DNA of 61,166 nucleotides from Candidatus Saccharimonadota bacterium (GTDB lineage Bacteria; Patescibacteriota; Saccharimonadia; Saccharimonadales; UBA4665). The notes beneath the pieces were generated by a model. It worked only from the letters and a program-made list of their open reading frames with translations, made no database searches and was not told the origin of the DNA. A program made the translations under genes and the position numbers. Shown here in pieces: positions 9,475-18,740 of the stretch; the first letter of the stretch is position 1, and each line of letters begins with the position of its first letter. The stretch is from assembly GCA_027346135.1 (NCBI GenBank), contig DAIESS010000002.1:1-61166 (forward strand), written 5' to 3'.

Positions 9475-11691
9475 ATGGCAAAAAAGAAACAAACTCGAAA
9501 AAAGAAACAACCAGTCGTCGAAGACGTCGTTGAGCGGTCACCATTTTGGGGACTAGCTGGCGGCGTTTTGTTGTGCGTCGTAGCGCTATTTCTGCTGTTA
9601 GGTGGTTTTGGCACCGGTGGACCGTTGCCGGTCAATTTATTCAAAGGTGTTTACGCCGTGTTTGGCTGGGCGGCATATTTATCGCCGGTAGCCATGGCTT
9701 ACTGGGGTGTTTATAAAATCACCAGCGAGGACCGACGGGTACCGCTAAGCAAGCTGCTGGGCATGTTTAGCGTCTTATTATTTAGCGCCGGCTGGCTGCA
9801 CGTATCGTTTGCTAGCCGCAACGATGCCGGTGCCTGGGTCGGTGGCTTTGGCGGCGCAGCCGGGCGGGTGATTGGCGGCATGATTTTAAGTGCCCTCGAC
9901 AAATGGCCAGCCGGAATCTTGTTCTTTGTACTCACCATCCTGGCCGTTTTCTTCGCTTTTGCGATTTCACCGAAGGTTATTCTCGATTTCTTTGCGATGT
10001 TTAAGGCCGAGGGCACCGAGGAAGGCGCTGCAACTGATTTGGCGGCACTCAAGGCTCGCGCTGAGCATACCGGCTTTAAGATGAATGAGGGTGTGCCGGT
10101 TGAGCATCACACTGCCCGCGAGGATGCTCGCTTGAGCAGCATGAAGAATACGGCCAAGAAGCTTACGCCGGCCGAGGACCATGTGGCTTTGACTATCGCC
10201 AGCGACCCGGACTGGCAATTGCCGCCGATTACTTTGCTGAACCAAAAGCAGGACAAGGCTAACGCCGGCAATGTCGAAGGCAATGCCGACATCATTCAAG
10301 ATACATTCGCGAACTTCAATATCGACGTCGAAATGGAAGGCGCCAACATTGGTCCGCGCGTCACCCAGTTTACGCTTAAGCCGCCAACAGGGGTAAAACT
10401 GACCAAAATTACGGCACTTGAAAACAACCTCATGCTCGATTTGGGTGCTCAAAGCATTCGTATGGAAGCGCCAATCCCTGGTAAGCGAGCGGTCGGCATC
10501 GAGGTACCAAACATCACACCGGCCGTCGTGCGGGTGAGTTCGCTGTTAACGTCCGAGCCGTGGAATAAACTCAAGAGTCCGCTTGGATTCACTATTGGTA
10601 AAGACATTTCCGGCCAGCCAATTGTCGCTGATTTGGCAAAAATGCCGCACTTGCTGGTGGCTGGTCAAACTGGCTCTGGTAAATCGGTCATGATTAATAC
10701 ATTCTTGACGAGCCTGCTGTACCGTAATAGCCCAAGCGACCTTAAATTGATCTTGGTCGACCCTAAGCAGGTTGAAATGGCGCCTTACCATGATATTCCG
10801 CACTTGCTTACGCCAATCATTAACGAGCCGGAAAAGTGCATTAGCGCTCTTAAATGGGCGGTGGCTGAAATGGAGCGCCGTTTGCGCACTATGGCCGAAG
10901 TTGGCAAGCGCAACATTGGCGAATACAACGACCTTAAAAAAGAAGAAGGCATGCCGTACATCGTTATCGTCATCGATGAGTTAGCTGACCTGATGATGAT
11001 GGCGGCTCGCGATGTCGAAGCACTGATCGTACGCATTGCCCAAAAGGCTCGTGCCGCTGGTATTCACTTGGTACTGGCAACGCAGCGTCCGTCTGTCGAC
11101 GTTATCACCGGTTTAATTAAAGCTAACGTACCTGGCCGTATTGCGTTTACGACGCAGTCTCAGGTTGACAGTCGCACCATCATCGACCAAGCTGGCGCCG
11201 AAAAACTATTGGGCCGTGGTGACATGTTGCTTTTGACAAGTGAAATGCCCAAGCCGAAGCGTATCCAGGCTGCTCTTATTGAGGATGCTGAGACGGCTAA
11301 AGTTATGGATTTCTTGCGCAACCAGCGACCGCCACGCTATGACGACGAAGTGGTCAGTCAACCGGTCGTTTTGAACGGTAAGGGCGGCATAGTCGCCGAC
11401 ATGGGTGGTAACGACGCTGATGACGACATGTGGCAGGACGCCGTTCGGGTGGTAATTGAGGGTCGCAAAGCATCGACCTCACTCTTACAGCGCCGTTTAC
11501 GGATTGGTTATGGCCGAGCCGCTCGTTTGATCGAACAAATGGAAGAACAGGGTATTGTAGGTCATGCCGACGGCTCTCGACCGCGCGAAGTTTTGGTTAA
11601 CAGCCTGGATGAAGTCTTTGGTGGCAGTGAGCCGGACGGTGCTACGCACATCCCAGTTGAAGACGACAACGAAGCCTACTCGAACGCTTAA
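9475..11691 (+). CDS. ftsK: DNA translocase FtsK/SpoIIIE
   Basis: N-terminal TM segments, PHLLVAGQTGSGKS, IVIDELADLM, LATQRPSVDVITG, gamma domain ASTSLLQRRLRIGYGRAARL. Confidence 0.97.
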   Translation: MAKKKQTRKKKQPVVEDVVERSPFWGLAGGVLLCVVALFLLLGGFGTGGPLPVNLFKGVYAVFGWAAYLSPVAMAYWGVYKITSEDRRVPLSKLLGMFSVLLFSAGWLHVSFASRNDAGAWVGGFGGAAGRVIGGMILSALDKWPAGILFFVLTILAVFFAFAISPKVILDFFAMFKAEGTEEGAATDLAALKARAEHTGFKMNEGVPVEHHTAREDARLSSMKNTAKKLTPAEDHVALTIASDPDWQLPPITLLNQKQDKANAGNVEGNADIIQDTFANFNIDVEMEGANIGPRVTQFTLKPPTGVKLTKITALENNLMLDLGAQSIRMEAPIPGKRAVGIEVPNITPAVVRVSSLLTSEPWNKLKSPLGFTIGKDISGQPIVADLAKMPHLLVAGQTGSGKSVMINTFLTSLLYRNSPSDLKLILVDPKQVEMAPYHDIPHLLTPIINEPEKCISALKWAVAEMERRLRTMAEVGKRNIGEYNDLKKEEGMPYIVIVIDELADLMMMAARDVEALIVRIAQKARAAGIHLVLATQRPSVDVITGLIKANVPGRIAFTTQSQVDSRTIIDQAGAEKLLGRGDMLLLTSEMPKPKRIQAALIEDAETAKVMDFLRNQRPPRYDDEVVSQPVVLNGKGGIVADMGGNDADDDMWQDAVRVVIEGRKASTSLLQRRLRIGYGRAARLIEQMEEQGIVGHADGSRPREVLVNSLDEVFGGSEPDGATHIPVEDDNEAYSNA

Positions 11692-11770
11692 AATACAACG
11701 TGATTTTGCTTGCAAAAAGCACAAGCAGTTTCTATTATGAGGTTAGAACAAACATAAGAGGAAAAGGCAT

Positions 11771-11881
11771 ATGAAAAGTCTGCGCGAATTCGCTGGAATG
11801 GCTATTGTCATCCCGCGCGACGGCGGACTCTCATGTGACCACACCACGAAAACTCCCGGCCAATACAGCCGGGAGTTTTAA
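11771..11881 (+). CDS. putative 36-aa leader peptide (MKSLREFAGMAIVIPRDGGLSCDHTTKTPGQYSREF)
   Basis: AAGAGGAAAAGG RBS; the ORF runs into the terminator-like hairpin upstream of the RNB gene. Confidence 0.35.
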   Translation: MKSLREFAGMAIVIPRDGGLSCDHTTKTPGQYSREF

Positions 11882-11885
11882 TTTT
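11849..11885 (+). terminator. intrinsic terminator/attenuator hairpin
   Basis: AAAACTCCCGGC-caataca-GCCGGGAGTTTT followed by T-rich sequence. Confidence 0.7.
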
Positions 11886-11901
11886 CAAAAAGGAGTCGCC
11901 A

Positions 11902-12888
11902 GTGCCTATAAATAGTGAGATGCATCGAATAATTACAGCCGACTGCTCGTATCCAAAAGAGATCGACGACGGGCTTTTTATCAAACCACTCGATGAGGAT
12001 CACGAACTATATCAGGTAGGCGTGTGTATTGCTGATACTTCAAAAATTTATGATAACGTCGAGGTGACCAAGCAGGCGTTCGCCCGGACGACAGCGCGTT
12101 ACTGGGATCTACCAGATGGTGAGCGGGGCTATGACCCAATGATTGACCCGAAACTGGTCCAGAAAATCGAACTCAAAGCCGGCACGGTGCGTGATGCAAT
12201 GGTGGCTTCATTTATGGTCGGTGTGCATGAGGCGCCGAGCGATATCGAAATATCATTCGAGCCGGTTAAGATCGACAAAAACATAGACTATCGGCAATTA
12301 TCCAACTTTACGTACAGTGAGCAGGGCCGTAAATATTTGCGAGCTAGCTTATTAATTCGCCAGCACCTCGGTTACATTGCTTACGGTGACCACATCGGTA
12401 GCCGGCCGCAATGGCGCAAGGATGAGGCCGGTCAGCCCGCGGCTGTTAATATGTCTGGCCGCGCTTGGAAGCGCGGTTCGCAGATCAATGAATCGTTTAT
12501 GGTGGCGACAAATCATTTGGTTGGTAAGCTGATGGACGAAGAAAACCGGCCGGTCATTTACCGGGTGCACGACCCGGATGACGAGCAGTATCTAGAATTA
12601 TTATCGGCTAGCGTGGCACGCTTTAGTCGTAAGGCGGGGCTTCATTCTGGTCTTGGGCTGGACCCGTATTGCCGGGTAACGTCACCGTTGCGTCGGCTTG
12701 ATGACTTTGTGTCGATTCAACAGCTCAGACAGCGAGATCGAGGACTGGCGCCTACTGCCAAAGACATACAAGACGTGGCTTTTGCGGTTCGCCGTTTGAA
12801 CCAAGAATTGGTGGCATCGGCACCAAAAGAAGCCGCCCGGCTGAGCCGCCGCGATATCTTGGGGCGAGCCGCTTTGGCCGCCGGTTGA
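11902..12888 (+). CDS. stand-alone RNB-domain (RNase II/R family) protein
   Basis: TADCSYPKEIDDG (cf. TIDP..A.DIDDA), VGVCIAD, ESFMVATN, IYRVH, HSGLGLDPYCRVTSPLRR (cf. HFGL...YTHFTSPIRR). No cold-shock or S1 domains. Confidence 0.75.
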   Translation: MPINSEMHRIITADCSYPKEIDDGLFIKPLDEDHELYQVGVCIADTSKIYDNVEVTKQAFARTTARYWDLPDGERGYDPMIDPKLVQKIELKAGTVRDAMVASFMVGVHEAPSDIEISFEPVKIDKNIDYRQLSNFTYSEQGRKYLRASLLIRQHLGYIAYGDHIGSRPQWRKDEAGQPAAVNMSGRAWKRGSQINESFMVATNHLVGKLMDEENRPVIYRVHDPDDEQYLELLSASVARFSRKAGLHSGLGLDPYCRVTSPLRRLDDFVSIQQLRQRDRGLAPTAKDIQDVAFAVRRLNQELVASAPKEAARLSRRDILGRAALAAG

Positions 12889-12979
12889 CGAACAGGGGTA
12901 GCTGGGGTATAATTGCCAGGTCATTAACTCAGTTTGCATCCAATATGTGAGTGCAAGCTTTAACCAAAGGAGAAACCTC

Positions 12980-13360
12980 GTGAATCAATACGAAGTAGCT
13001 GTTTTGTATCATCCAGATTTGGAAATTGATCTGGAAAAAGCGTCGTCGCGCGTTGAGAAGATCTTTACCGACAATGGCGGTAAGATCGTCAACACTGACA
13101 ACTGGGGCAAGCGCAAGCTGGCCTACACCATCAAAAAAAATGATCACGCCGTGTACGTTTTTTATACGGTTGAATTGCCGGGCGAGAACGTTAAGAAGGT
13201 TGAATCGACCCTTAACATCACCGACGAAGTTATTCGTTTCTTGATTACTCGTCCCGACCTTAAGGCGATTGCCAAGGCCGAAGCTGCCAAGGCTGAGAAG
13301 GCCAAAAAGGCTGCTGAGCGCGGTGAAAGCGCCGACAGCGACAAAGAAGACGAAGAATAG
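12980..13360 (+). CDS. rpsF: 30S ribosomal protein S6
   Basis: YEVAVL..P, WGKRKLAYTIKK. GTG start after AAAGGAG; rpsF-ssb-rpsR order. Confidence 0.95.
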   Translation: MNQYEVAVLYHPDLEIDLEKASSRVEKIFTDNGGKIVNTDNWGKRKLAYTIKKNDHAVYVFYTVELPGENVKKVESTLNITDEVIRFLITRPDLKAIAKAEAAKAEKAKKAAERGESADSDKEDEE

Positions 13361-13455
13361 ACCTGTAGCGCCGTCGCTTGACGAAAAATCGGCGGCAGCG
13401 TAGCGTGAAAGTATAAATTAACCAAAGACATAGTTCTTATAAGGAGGGATGCCAA

Positions 13456-13938
13456 ATGGCACGAAGCGTAAACCAAGTAATTTTGATGGGCAACCTAACA
13501 CGCGACCCCGAATTGCGTAGTACGCCAAGCGGACAAAACGTATGCAGCTTTAGTTTGGCTCTAAACCGCAGTTACAAAGATGCCAGCGGTGAGTGGCAAG
13601 AAGCCACTGACTACATCGATGTAACCGCCTGGGGTCCGCTAGGCGAGCGGGTTAGCCAATATTTGAGCAAGGGCCGTCGTTGCCTCGTTCAGGGCCGACT
13701 GCAATCGCGCAGCTGGGAACAAGATGGGCAGAAGCGCAGCAAAGTTGAAGTACTGGCTAGCGACGTAACTTTCCTAGATGGCCGCGGTGGTAGCGATGAT
13801 GGCAGTGGTATGATCGGCAACGGTCGTCCGGCCAACGGTGATGGCGACGGTAAACCGGCACCATCCAAGAAAAAGAACGATGTCGTTATCGATGACATCG
13901 GTGACGAACCGATCAATCTTGATGATATCCCATTCTAA
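13456..13938 (+). CDS. ssb: single-stranded DNA-binding protein
   Basis: NQVILMGNLTRDPELR N-terminus and DDIPF C-terminus. Confidence 0.97.
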   Translation: MARSVNQVILMGNLTRDPELRSTPSGQNVCSFSLALNRSYKDASGEWQEATDYIDVTAWGPLGERVSQYLSKGRRCLVQGRLQSRSWEQDGQKRSKVEVLASDVTFLDGRGGSDDGSGMIGNGRPANGDGDGKPAPSKKKNDVVIDDIGDEPINLDDIPF

Positions 13939-14118
13939 CTGCATGAGACACCTGTAAACAGGTTTCTCATCGCTCCTTGCGAAGTAACTTCGCATTCGCT
14001 AAAGCGAACCGGAGCTGCTCTCCCCGGAGCCAAATGGGGAATAAACTTAAGTAATTTTTGAAAGGAGAAAGGGCGGACACAAAAGAATAACCGAAAGGTT
14101 ATTTCCGCCTTACATGAT

Positions 14119-14322
14119 ATGGCAAAGATTTTTAAACACCGCACCGACGTTGCGTTTTTCGATTACAAGGACTTCAAGACTTTGCAACGTTACGTTAACG
14201 TTTACGGACAAATTGAAACTCGCAAGAAGACTGGTTTGACCGAGAGCCAGCAGCGCCGCCTAAGCGTCGCAATTAAGCGTGCTCGTCACATTGCTTTGTT
14301 GCCGTTCGTCGCATCGAACTAG
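14119..14322 (+). CDS. rpsR: 30S ribosomal protein S18
   Basis: DYKD..L..YV...GQI..RKKTG...QQRRLSVAIKRARHIALLPF. Confidence 0.95.
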   Translation: MAKIFKHRTDVAFFDYKDFKTLQRYVNVYGQIETRKKTGLTESQQRRLSVAIKRARHIALLPFVASN

Positions 14323-14335
14323 GGACTAGAGCCGG

Positions 14336-14662
14336 GTGGAATCGCCATATCGTTTGATGCAGCAGCTCGAGGCGCAAATTCGCGCCCGCTTGTCCGACAT
14401 CGATATATATGACCTAGAGATGGATGTTCGCAAGCTAGTTCTGGCGCTGCGTAATCAGGCTACCGATGCCCGCCTCGACATACGCGACTACGAACTGATC
14501 GAAACTCGGCAGTTACAAATCGAAAAGGCAACGGCTGCCCGCGGCCGTTTAAAACAGCTCGAAAAAGATATTTTAACGGCTAGTGAACACAATATTTTTA
14601 GTAGCATCGATGTGGCTCATCTGTCGGCCAACGTCGAATACATTTTAGAGAAGTTATTATAG
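14336..14662 (+). CDS. hypothetical helical protein
   Basis: 108-aa ORF tightly packed between rpsR and efp. Confidence 0.6.
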   Translation: MESPYRLMQQLEAQIRARLSDIDIYDLEMDVRKLVLALRNQATDARLDIRDYELIETRQLQIEKATAARGRLKQLEKDILTASEHNIFSSIDVAHLSANVEYILEKLL

Positions 14663-14672
14663 GAGAATCGTC

Positions 14673-15239
14673 ATGGCACTAAGCATTACCGACCTCAAAA
14701 AAGGTACCGTTTTTCAACTGGACGGCGTGCCTTATCGTGTGGTTGAGTACTCGCAAAAGGTGATGGGCCGGGGTGGTTCGATTGTTAACGTCCGCATTAA
14801 GAGCCTAATCGATGGCCGCGTGCTCGAAAAAACCTTCAAGGGCAATGAGCAGCTTGACTACGCCGATGTAACCAATCAAAACGTACAATATTTGTATAAC
14901 GATGCTGCTAACTTCTTCTTTATGAACGAAGATACTTTTGAACAATTTGAAGTATCAGCTGATTTGGTGGGAGATGGCGCTGGCTACTTAAAAGAAGGTG
15001 ATGTTGTGTCGTTGCAGATGTTTGACGGCCGGCCGATTAATGTCGAATTGCCCAAAAATGTACCCCTAAAAGTCACTTACACCGAGAGTGCCGTTAAGGG
15101 TGATACTAGCAGTGCCATCACCAAGGATGCAACGCTCGAAACTGGCATAACCATAAAGGTACCGGCCTTTATTAAGCAGGGCGACTTAATTTCCGTCGAT
15201 ACGGCAACGGGCGCCTACCGCGAACGCGTCAAAGGCTAA
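14673..15239 (+). CDS. efp: elongation factor P
   Basis: DLKKG, QYLY.D, FMN..TFEQ, VKGDT, ATLETG...VPAFIKQG...DT.TG.Y..R. The tip loop reads VMGRGG. Confidence 0.95.
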   Translation: MALSITDLKKGTVFQLDGVPYRVVEYSQKVMGRGGSIVNVRIKSLIDGRVLEKTFKGNEQLDYADVTNQNVQYLYNDAANFFFMNEDTFEQFEVSADLVGDGAGYLKEGDVVSLQMFDGRPINVELPKNVPLKVTYTESAVKGDTSSAITKDATLETGITIKVPAFIKQGDLISVDTATGAYRERVKG

Positions 15240-15246
15240 AATTGCT

Positions 15247-15735
15247 ATGATTGTGGATTTTGAACAGCTGCCTGAAATACGCGAGACTCATAAAGACGAT
15301 AAAATCGTTTTCAGGGGTGGTTGTTACGATATTGTCCACGAAGGTCATATACAGGGTTTGGCATTTGCCAAGAAATTGGGAACCTTATTGGTGGTAGGGG
15401 TGCGACCCGACAAAAGGGTGACCGAGCGCAAAGGACCGACTAGGCCCATTCGCGGCCAAGACGCTCGTTTGACCGTTGTTGATGCGATCCGCTATGTTGA
15501 CTACAGTTTTCTGATGCCTGACGGCAATGATGAGATTGGGGCGGCATCTCTGCGTGTGGTTGACGCTTTGCGTCCAGATATCTTCGTCGGAACGGGGACT
15601 CACGTTGGCAGCCATCCTAATGATGAAGCAGTGCAACGAATGGGTGCCGAGATTATACTCGACCCAAATTTGCCGCCCAACTCAACGACTAAGATTATCG
15701 AACGAATCATGGCTTTGCACATGGATAGGTCATGA
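15247..15735 (+). CDS. cytidylyltransferase-family (HxGH) nucleotidyltransferase
   Basis: GCYDIVHEGH, LVVGV..D, KGPTRPI, C-terminal STTKIIER; resembles RfaE/TagD-type domains. Confidence 0.85.
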   Translation: MIVDFEQLPEIRETHKDDKIVFRGGCYDIVHEGHIQGLAFAKKLGTLLVVGVRPDKRVTERKGPTRPIRGQDARLTVVDAIRYVDYSFLMPDGNDEIGAASLRVVDALRPDIFVGTGTHVGSHPNDEAVQRMGAEIILDPNLPPNSTTKIIERIMALHMDRS

Positions 15736-16454
15736 AACTACGACTCGATCAGGCTTTGGTAGTGCGCGGCTTAATATCGACGCGGAGCCAGGCCGAAAGC
15801 TTTATTAAACTTGGCAGTGTCCAGGTTAACGGAAAGATTGTTTCTAAGGCCGGTACCTTGGTGGACGAAGCCGACGACGTTAATCTCACTGCCACCGAAC
15901 AGTATGTTAGCCGGGCAGGGCTTAAGCTGGCTAGCATCGCCAAAATCCTGAAACTCGATTTTCGCGACAAAGTCGTGCTCGATGTCGGTTCATCGACAGG
16001 TGGTTTTACTGACTACGCCTTGCAGCATGGCGCTCGTAAGGTCATTGCCGTAGAAGTTGGTACCGACCAGTTACACCCGAGCCTGCATGGTCATCCGCAG
16101 ATTGAATTGCATGAAAAAACTGACATCCGTGATTTTCATACTAGCGAGGTTATCGATATTGTGGTGGCCGATGTATCTTTTATATCTTTGCGTGACATCT
16201 TGCCAAGCGTCGTTAAGCTGACCAACCGCCAGACCAGGCTGGCCATCATGGTAAAGCCCCAGTTTGAGGCCGCCCAAAGCAGCCTAAAACACAAAGGTGT
16301 CATTAAAAACGACGCGATGCGCCGTCGGATTTTGAAAGATTTCGAAGAATGGGCTCATCGATATTTCGTTATTGTCGACAAAGCCGATAGTGATGTGGCT
16401 GGTGCTAAAGGTAATCGCGAACGCTTTTATTTGTTACGTCCCTTAAGTGACTAA
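15732..16454 (+). CDS. tlyA: TlyA-family rRNA 2'-O-methyltransferase
   Basis: S4-like RLDQALV, YVSRAGLKL, LDVGSSTGGFTD, DVSFISL, VKPQFEA, GNRE. Confidence 0.93.
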   Translation: MKLRLDQALVVRGLISTRSQAESFIKLGSVQVNGKIVSKAGTLVDEADDVNLTATEQYVSRAGLKLASIAKILKLDFRDKVVLDVGSSTGGFTDYALQHGARKVIAVEVGTDQLHPSLHGHPQIELHEKTDIRDFHTSEVIDIVVADVSFISLRDILPSVVKLTNRQTRLAIMVKPQFEAAQSSLKHKGVIKNDAMRRRILKDFEEWAHRYFVIVDKADSDVAGAKGNRERFYLLRPLSD

Positions 16455-16493
16455 TTTGGCACAAGCATAAGAGGAAATGATACACTTGTAAAT

Positions 16494-17150
16494 ATGTACT
16501 TTGCTTCGCGTGTTCAAGCTGGTCGAATGCTGGCTAATCGGTTGTTACCGCAGTACCGCTATGAGAACTGTGTTGTTCTCGCGCTCAGTGATGGCGGGGC
16601 TATGGTAGGCGCGCAAATCGCTATGGCCTTGCACTGTGCGATGGGATTGTTGGTGACCGAAGAAATCGAATTGCCGCGCGAGCCTGACGCTTTAGCTGGT
16701 ATTGCCCAGGATGGTTCTTTTTCTTTTAATGGCATGTACTCACCCGGTGAGATTGATGAGATGATGTCTGAGTATTATCAGTACGTCGAACAGGAAAAAA
16801 TGACCAAGTTACAAGAGATGCACCGCATGATTGGTGACAATATCGTTCTGAAAAAGAGCATGCTAAAGGGGCGAAACGTTATTATGGTGTCAGATGGCAT
16901 GAAGAGTGGTTTTGCACTGGATATTGCCGCTCAATTCTTAAAGCCAATTGATATCGAAAAAATGATCATTGCCGTGCCAGTGGCGAGTGTTAAAGCGGTC
17001 GATCGCATGCACATTGTCGCCGACGAGCTGTATGTTATGAGTGTCGTCGAAGACTACATTAGCACGGAGCATTATTACGACAAAGAGGATGTTCCGGAGC
17101 ACAAAGTGGTCGTCGATACGGTCGAGAAAATTATTCTTAACTGGGCGTAA
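16494..17150 (+). CDS. phosphoribosyltransferase-family protein (degenerate PRPP loop)
   Basis: F.SR..AG..LA N-terminus, VIMVSDGMKSG (cf. VDDGLATG), IAVPVA. Confidence 0.8.
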   Translation: MYFASRVQAGRMLANRLLPQYRYENCVVLALSDGGAMVGAQIAMALHCAMGLLVTEEIELPREPDALAGIAQDGSFSFNGMYSPGEIDEMMSEYYQYVEQEKMTKLQEMHRMIGDNIVLKKSMLKGRNVIMVSDGMKSGFALDIAAQFLKPIDIEKMIIAVPVASVKAVDRMHIVADELYVMSVVEDYISTEHYYDKEDVPEHKVVVDTVEKIILNWA

Positions 17151-17154
17151 ATGC

Positions 17155-17811
17155 TTAGTGGGTCAGGTGATTTTCGAGCCCGGCAACGTCGAGCAGTAGT
17201 ATCTGTGATTGTTCATTTTTGAGCAGACCTTTACGCTCTAGCGCGGATAGCTCGCGGCTGGCTGTTTCGCGGCTGGAATTAATTGAGCTAGCGATATCTT
17301 GGTGCTTGAGGGGTAAAGCAATCAACAAACCGTCGTTAGTCTCATGGCCGAAGCGACTAGCCATAGTGAGCAGGAAAGAAATGAGACGTTCACGAACGCT
17401 GCGATATTCAAGATTGATAAGTCGTTCGCTGTGCAAGCGGTACATCTCAAGTGTCATGTCCAATAATGGCGCTAAAGCATCGGGCTGTTGATGTACAAAA
17501 TCGAGTAAAATTTCGCGGTCAATTTTTAAAACCACGGTTGGAGCGAGTGCTTCGTATATAACTTGCCGCTCCTGGCCGGTTAACGCCCAGATAAGCGGAA
17601 AAACTTCGTGTTCTTTGCGGATAATCAGCAGGTTTTCATCGCCGTACTTGGTGATGTCATAAGCTTTGACAATACCCTCGTTGATATAAAAAACACCTGA
17701 CGGATATTCACCAGGTCTAACGATGTACTCTCCCTTGCGGAAAGTAATTTTATGGCCCTGATCCCGAAACAGTTCCACCAGTTCGGCTGTTTGGCGAAGC
17801 GTCGCTAGCAT
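17155..17811 (-). CDS. Crp/Fnr-family transcriptional regulator
   Basis: cNMP-binding-like N-domain (FRKGEYI..PG...GVFYI.EG.VK) and HTH HQDIASSINSSRETASREL. Start may instead be 17829. Confidence 0.9.
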   Translation of the reverse strand: MLATLRQTAELVELFRDQGHKITFRKGEYIVRPGEYPSGVFYINEGIVKAYDITKYGDENLLIIRKEHEVFPLIWALTGQERQVIYEALAPTVVLKIDREILLDFVHQQPDALAPLLDMTLEMYRLHSERLINLEYRSVRERLISFLLTMASRFGHETNDGLLIALPLKHQDIASSINSSRETASRELSALERKGLLKNEQSQILLLDVAGLENHLTH

Positions 17812-17863
17812 ATCTGTATTATGGCACATCTGTGATTTTTGCGACAGGCTGGGAAAGGTGAAA

Positions 17864-17885
17864 AAATGTGATTATTATCTCATTT
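17864..17885. promoter_or_regulatory. CRP-type binding site
   Basis: AAATGTGA-ttatta-TCTCATTT, one core mismatch to AAATGTGA-N6-TCACATTT, in the divergent spacer next to the Crp/Fnr gene. Confidence 0.65.
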
Positions 17886-17961
17886 TTAAGGTAAGCATTT
17901 TCACCTCATTACCTTGCAGGGGCAGGTAATATATAGATGAAAGGCGCAGGGGGAAATCAAT

Positions 17962-18714
17962 ATGATAAGCTACGAAAAAGTTCAACAACAGCTCAAAGAT
18001 CTGCGTATTAATGTTAACGGTTGGGGTCGAACCGAATACGGCGAGCTGTGCAATATTTTGGCCCCCAACGAGGCCATCGAAGAGTGTGTCAACGGTTATT
18101 ACGAAGCAGGGTTTGCTTTACTGGTTGCCACCAAAAATCGGTTACTAATTGTCGATAAAAAACCGCTCAATTATCTCACGGTTGAAGATATGCGCTTTGA
18201 TATGATTAACGAATTCGACTACCAACACCGCTTGTTTGGTGCTCAGATTAAAGTTAGCGCGGGCTTTAAGACGCTGCACTTTACCAGCCTTAACCAGGTT
18301 CGGTTACGCCGCGTACTGGGCTATGTCCAGACACGAATGACCCAGATAAAAGAGGAGCAGCAGACCCAGCAAGAAGCACAAGAACGGCATCTTGATCAGA
18401 TGAACAAGCAGCTTGAAATGTACTTGCAGCTTCAACAACTGCAGCAGCAACAATATTTTCAACAGGCTCAACGGCAGCCATTGCCTTATGGAAACGAGTG
18501 GCAGCAGCAACCTTCATATACGTCTCAGCAGATGAGCATGCCGCAGCCAAACCCTAACCCCAATGTTAACAATGATCAACCGCATATCATTACGCCGCAG
18601 CAATTAGGCATTGCGGCCATGAAACGGGTAATTCCAGTTATTAGCGCCTATACGCGCTTGCCACTGTTGAGCCAGCGTCATCGCTTCCAGGCTCAGCCGG
18701 GATCGGTTCGATAA
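17962..18714 (+). CDS. bacterial PH-domain protein with Gln-rich coiled/low-complexity C-terminus
   Basis: L.PNE.I...V.G....GFALLVATKNRLLIVDKK PH-like pattern; poly-Q region. Confidence 0.7.
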   Translation: MISYEKVQQQLKDLRINVNGWGRTEYGELCNILAPNEAIEECVNGYYEAGFALLVATKNRLLIVDKKPLNYLTVEDMRFDMINEFDYQHRLFGAQIKVSAGFKTLHFTSLNQVRLRRVLGYVQTRMTQIKEEQQTQQEAQERHLDQMNKQLEMYLQLQQLQQQQYFQQAQRQPLPYGNEWQQQPSYTSQQMSMPQPNPNPNVNNDQPHIITPQQLGIAAMKRVIPVISAYTRLPLLSQRHRFQAQPGSVR

Positions 18715-18740
18715 TTTTCAAATTTTTGTGCAGTTAAAGC

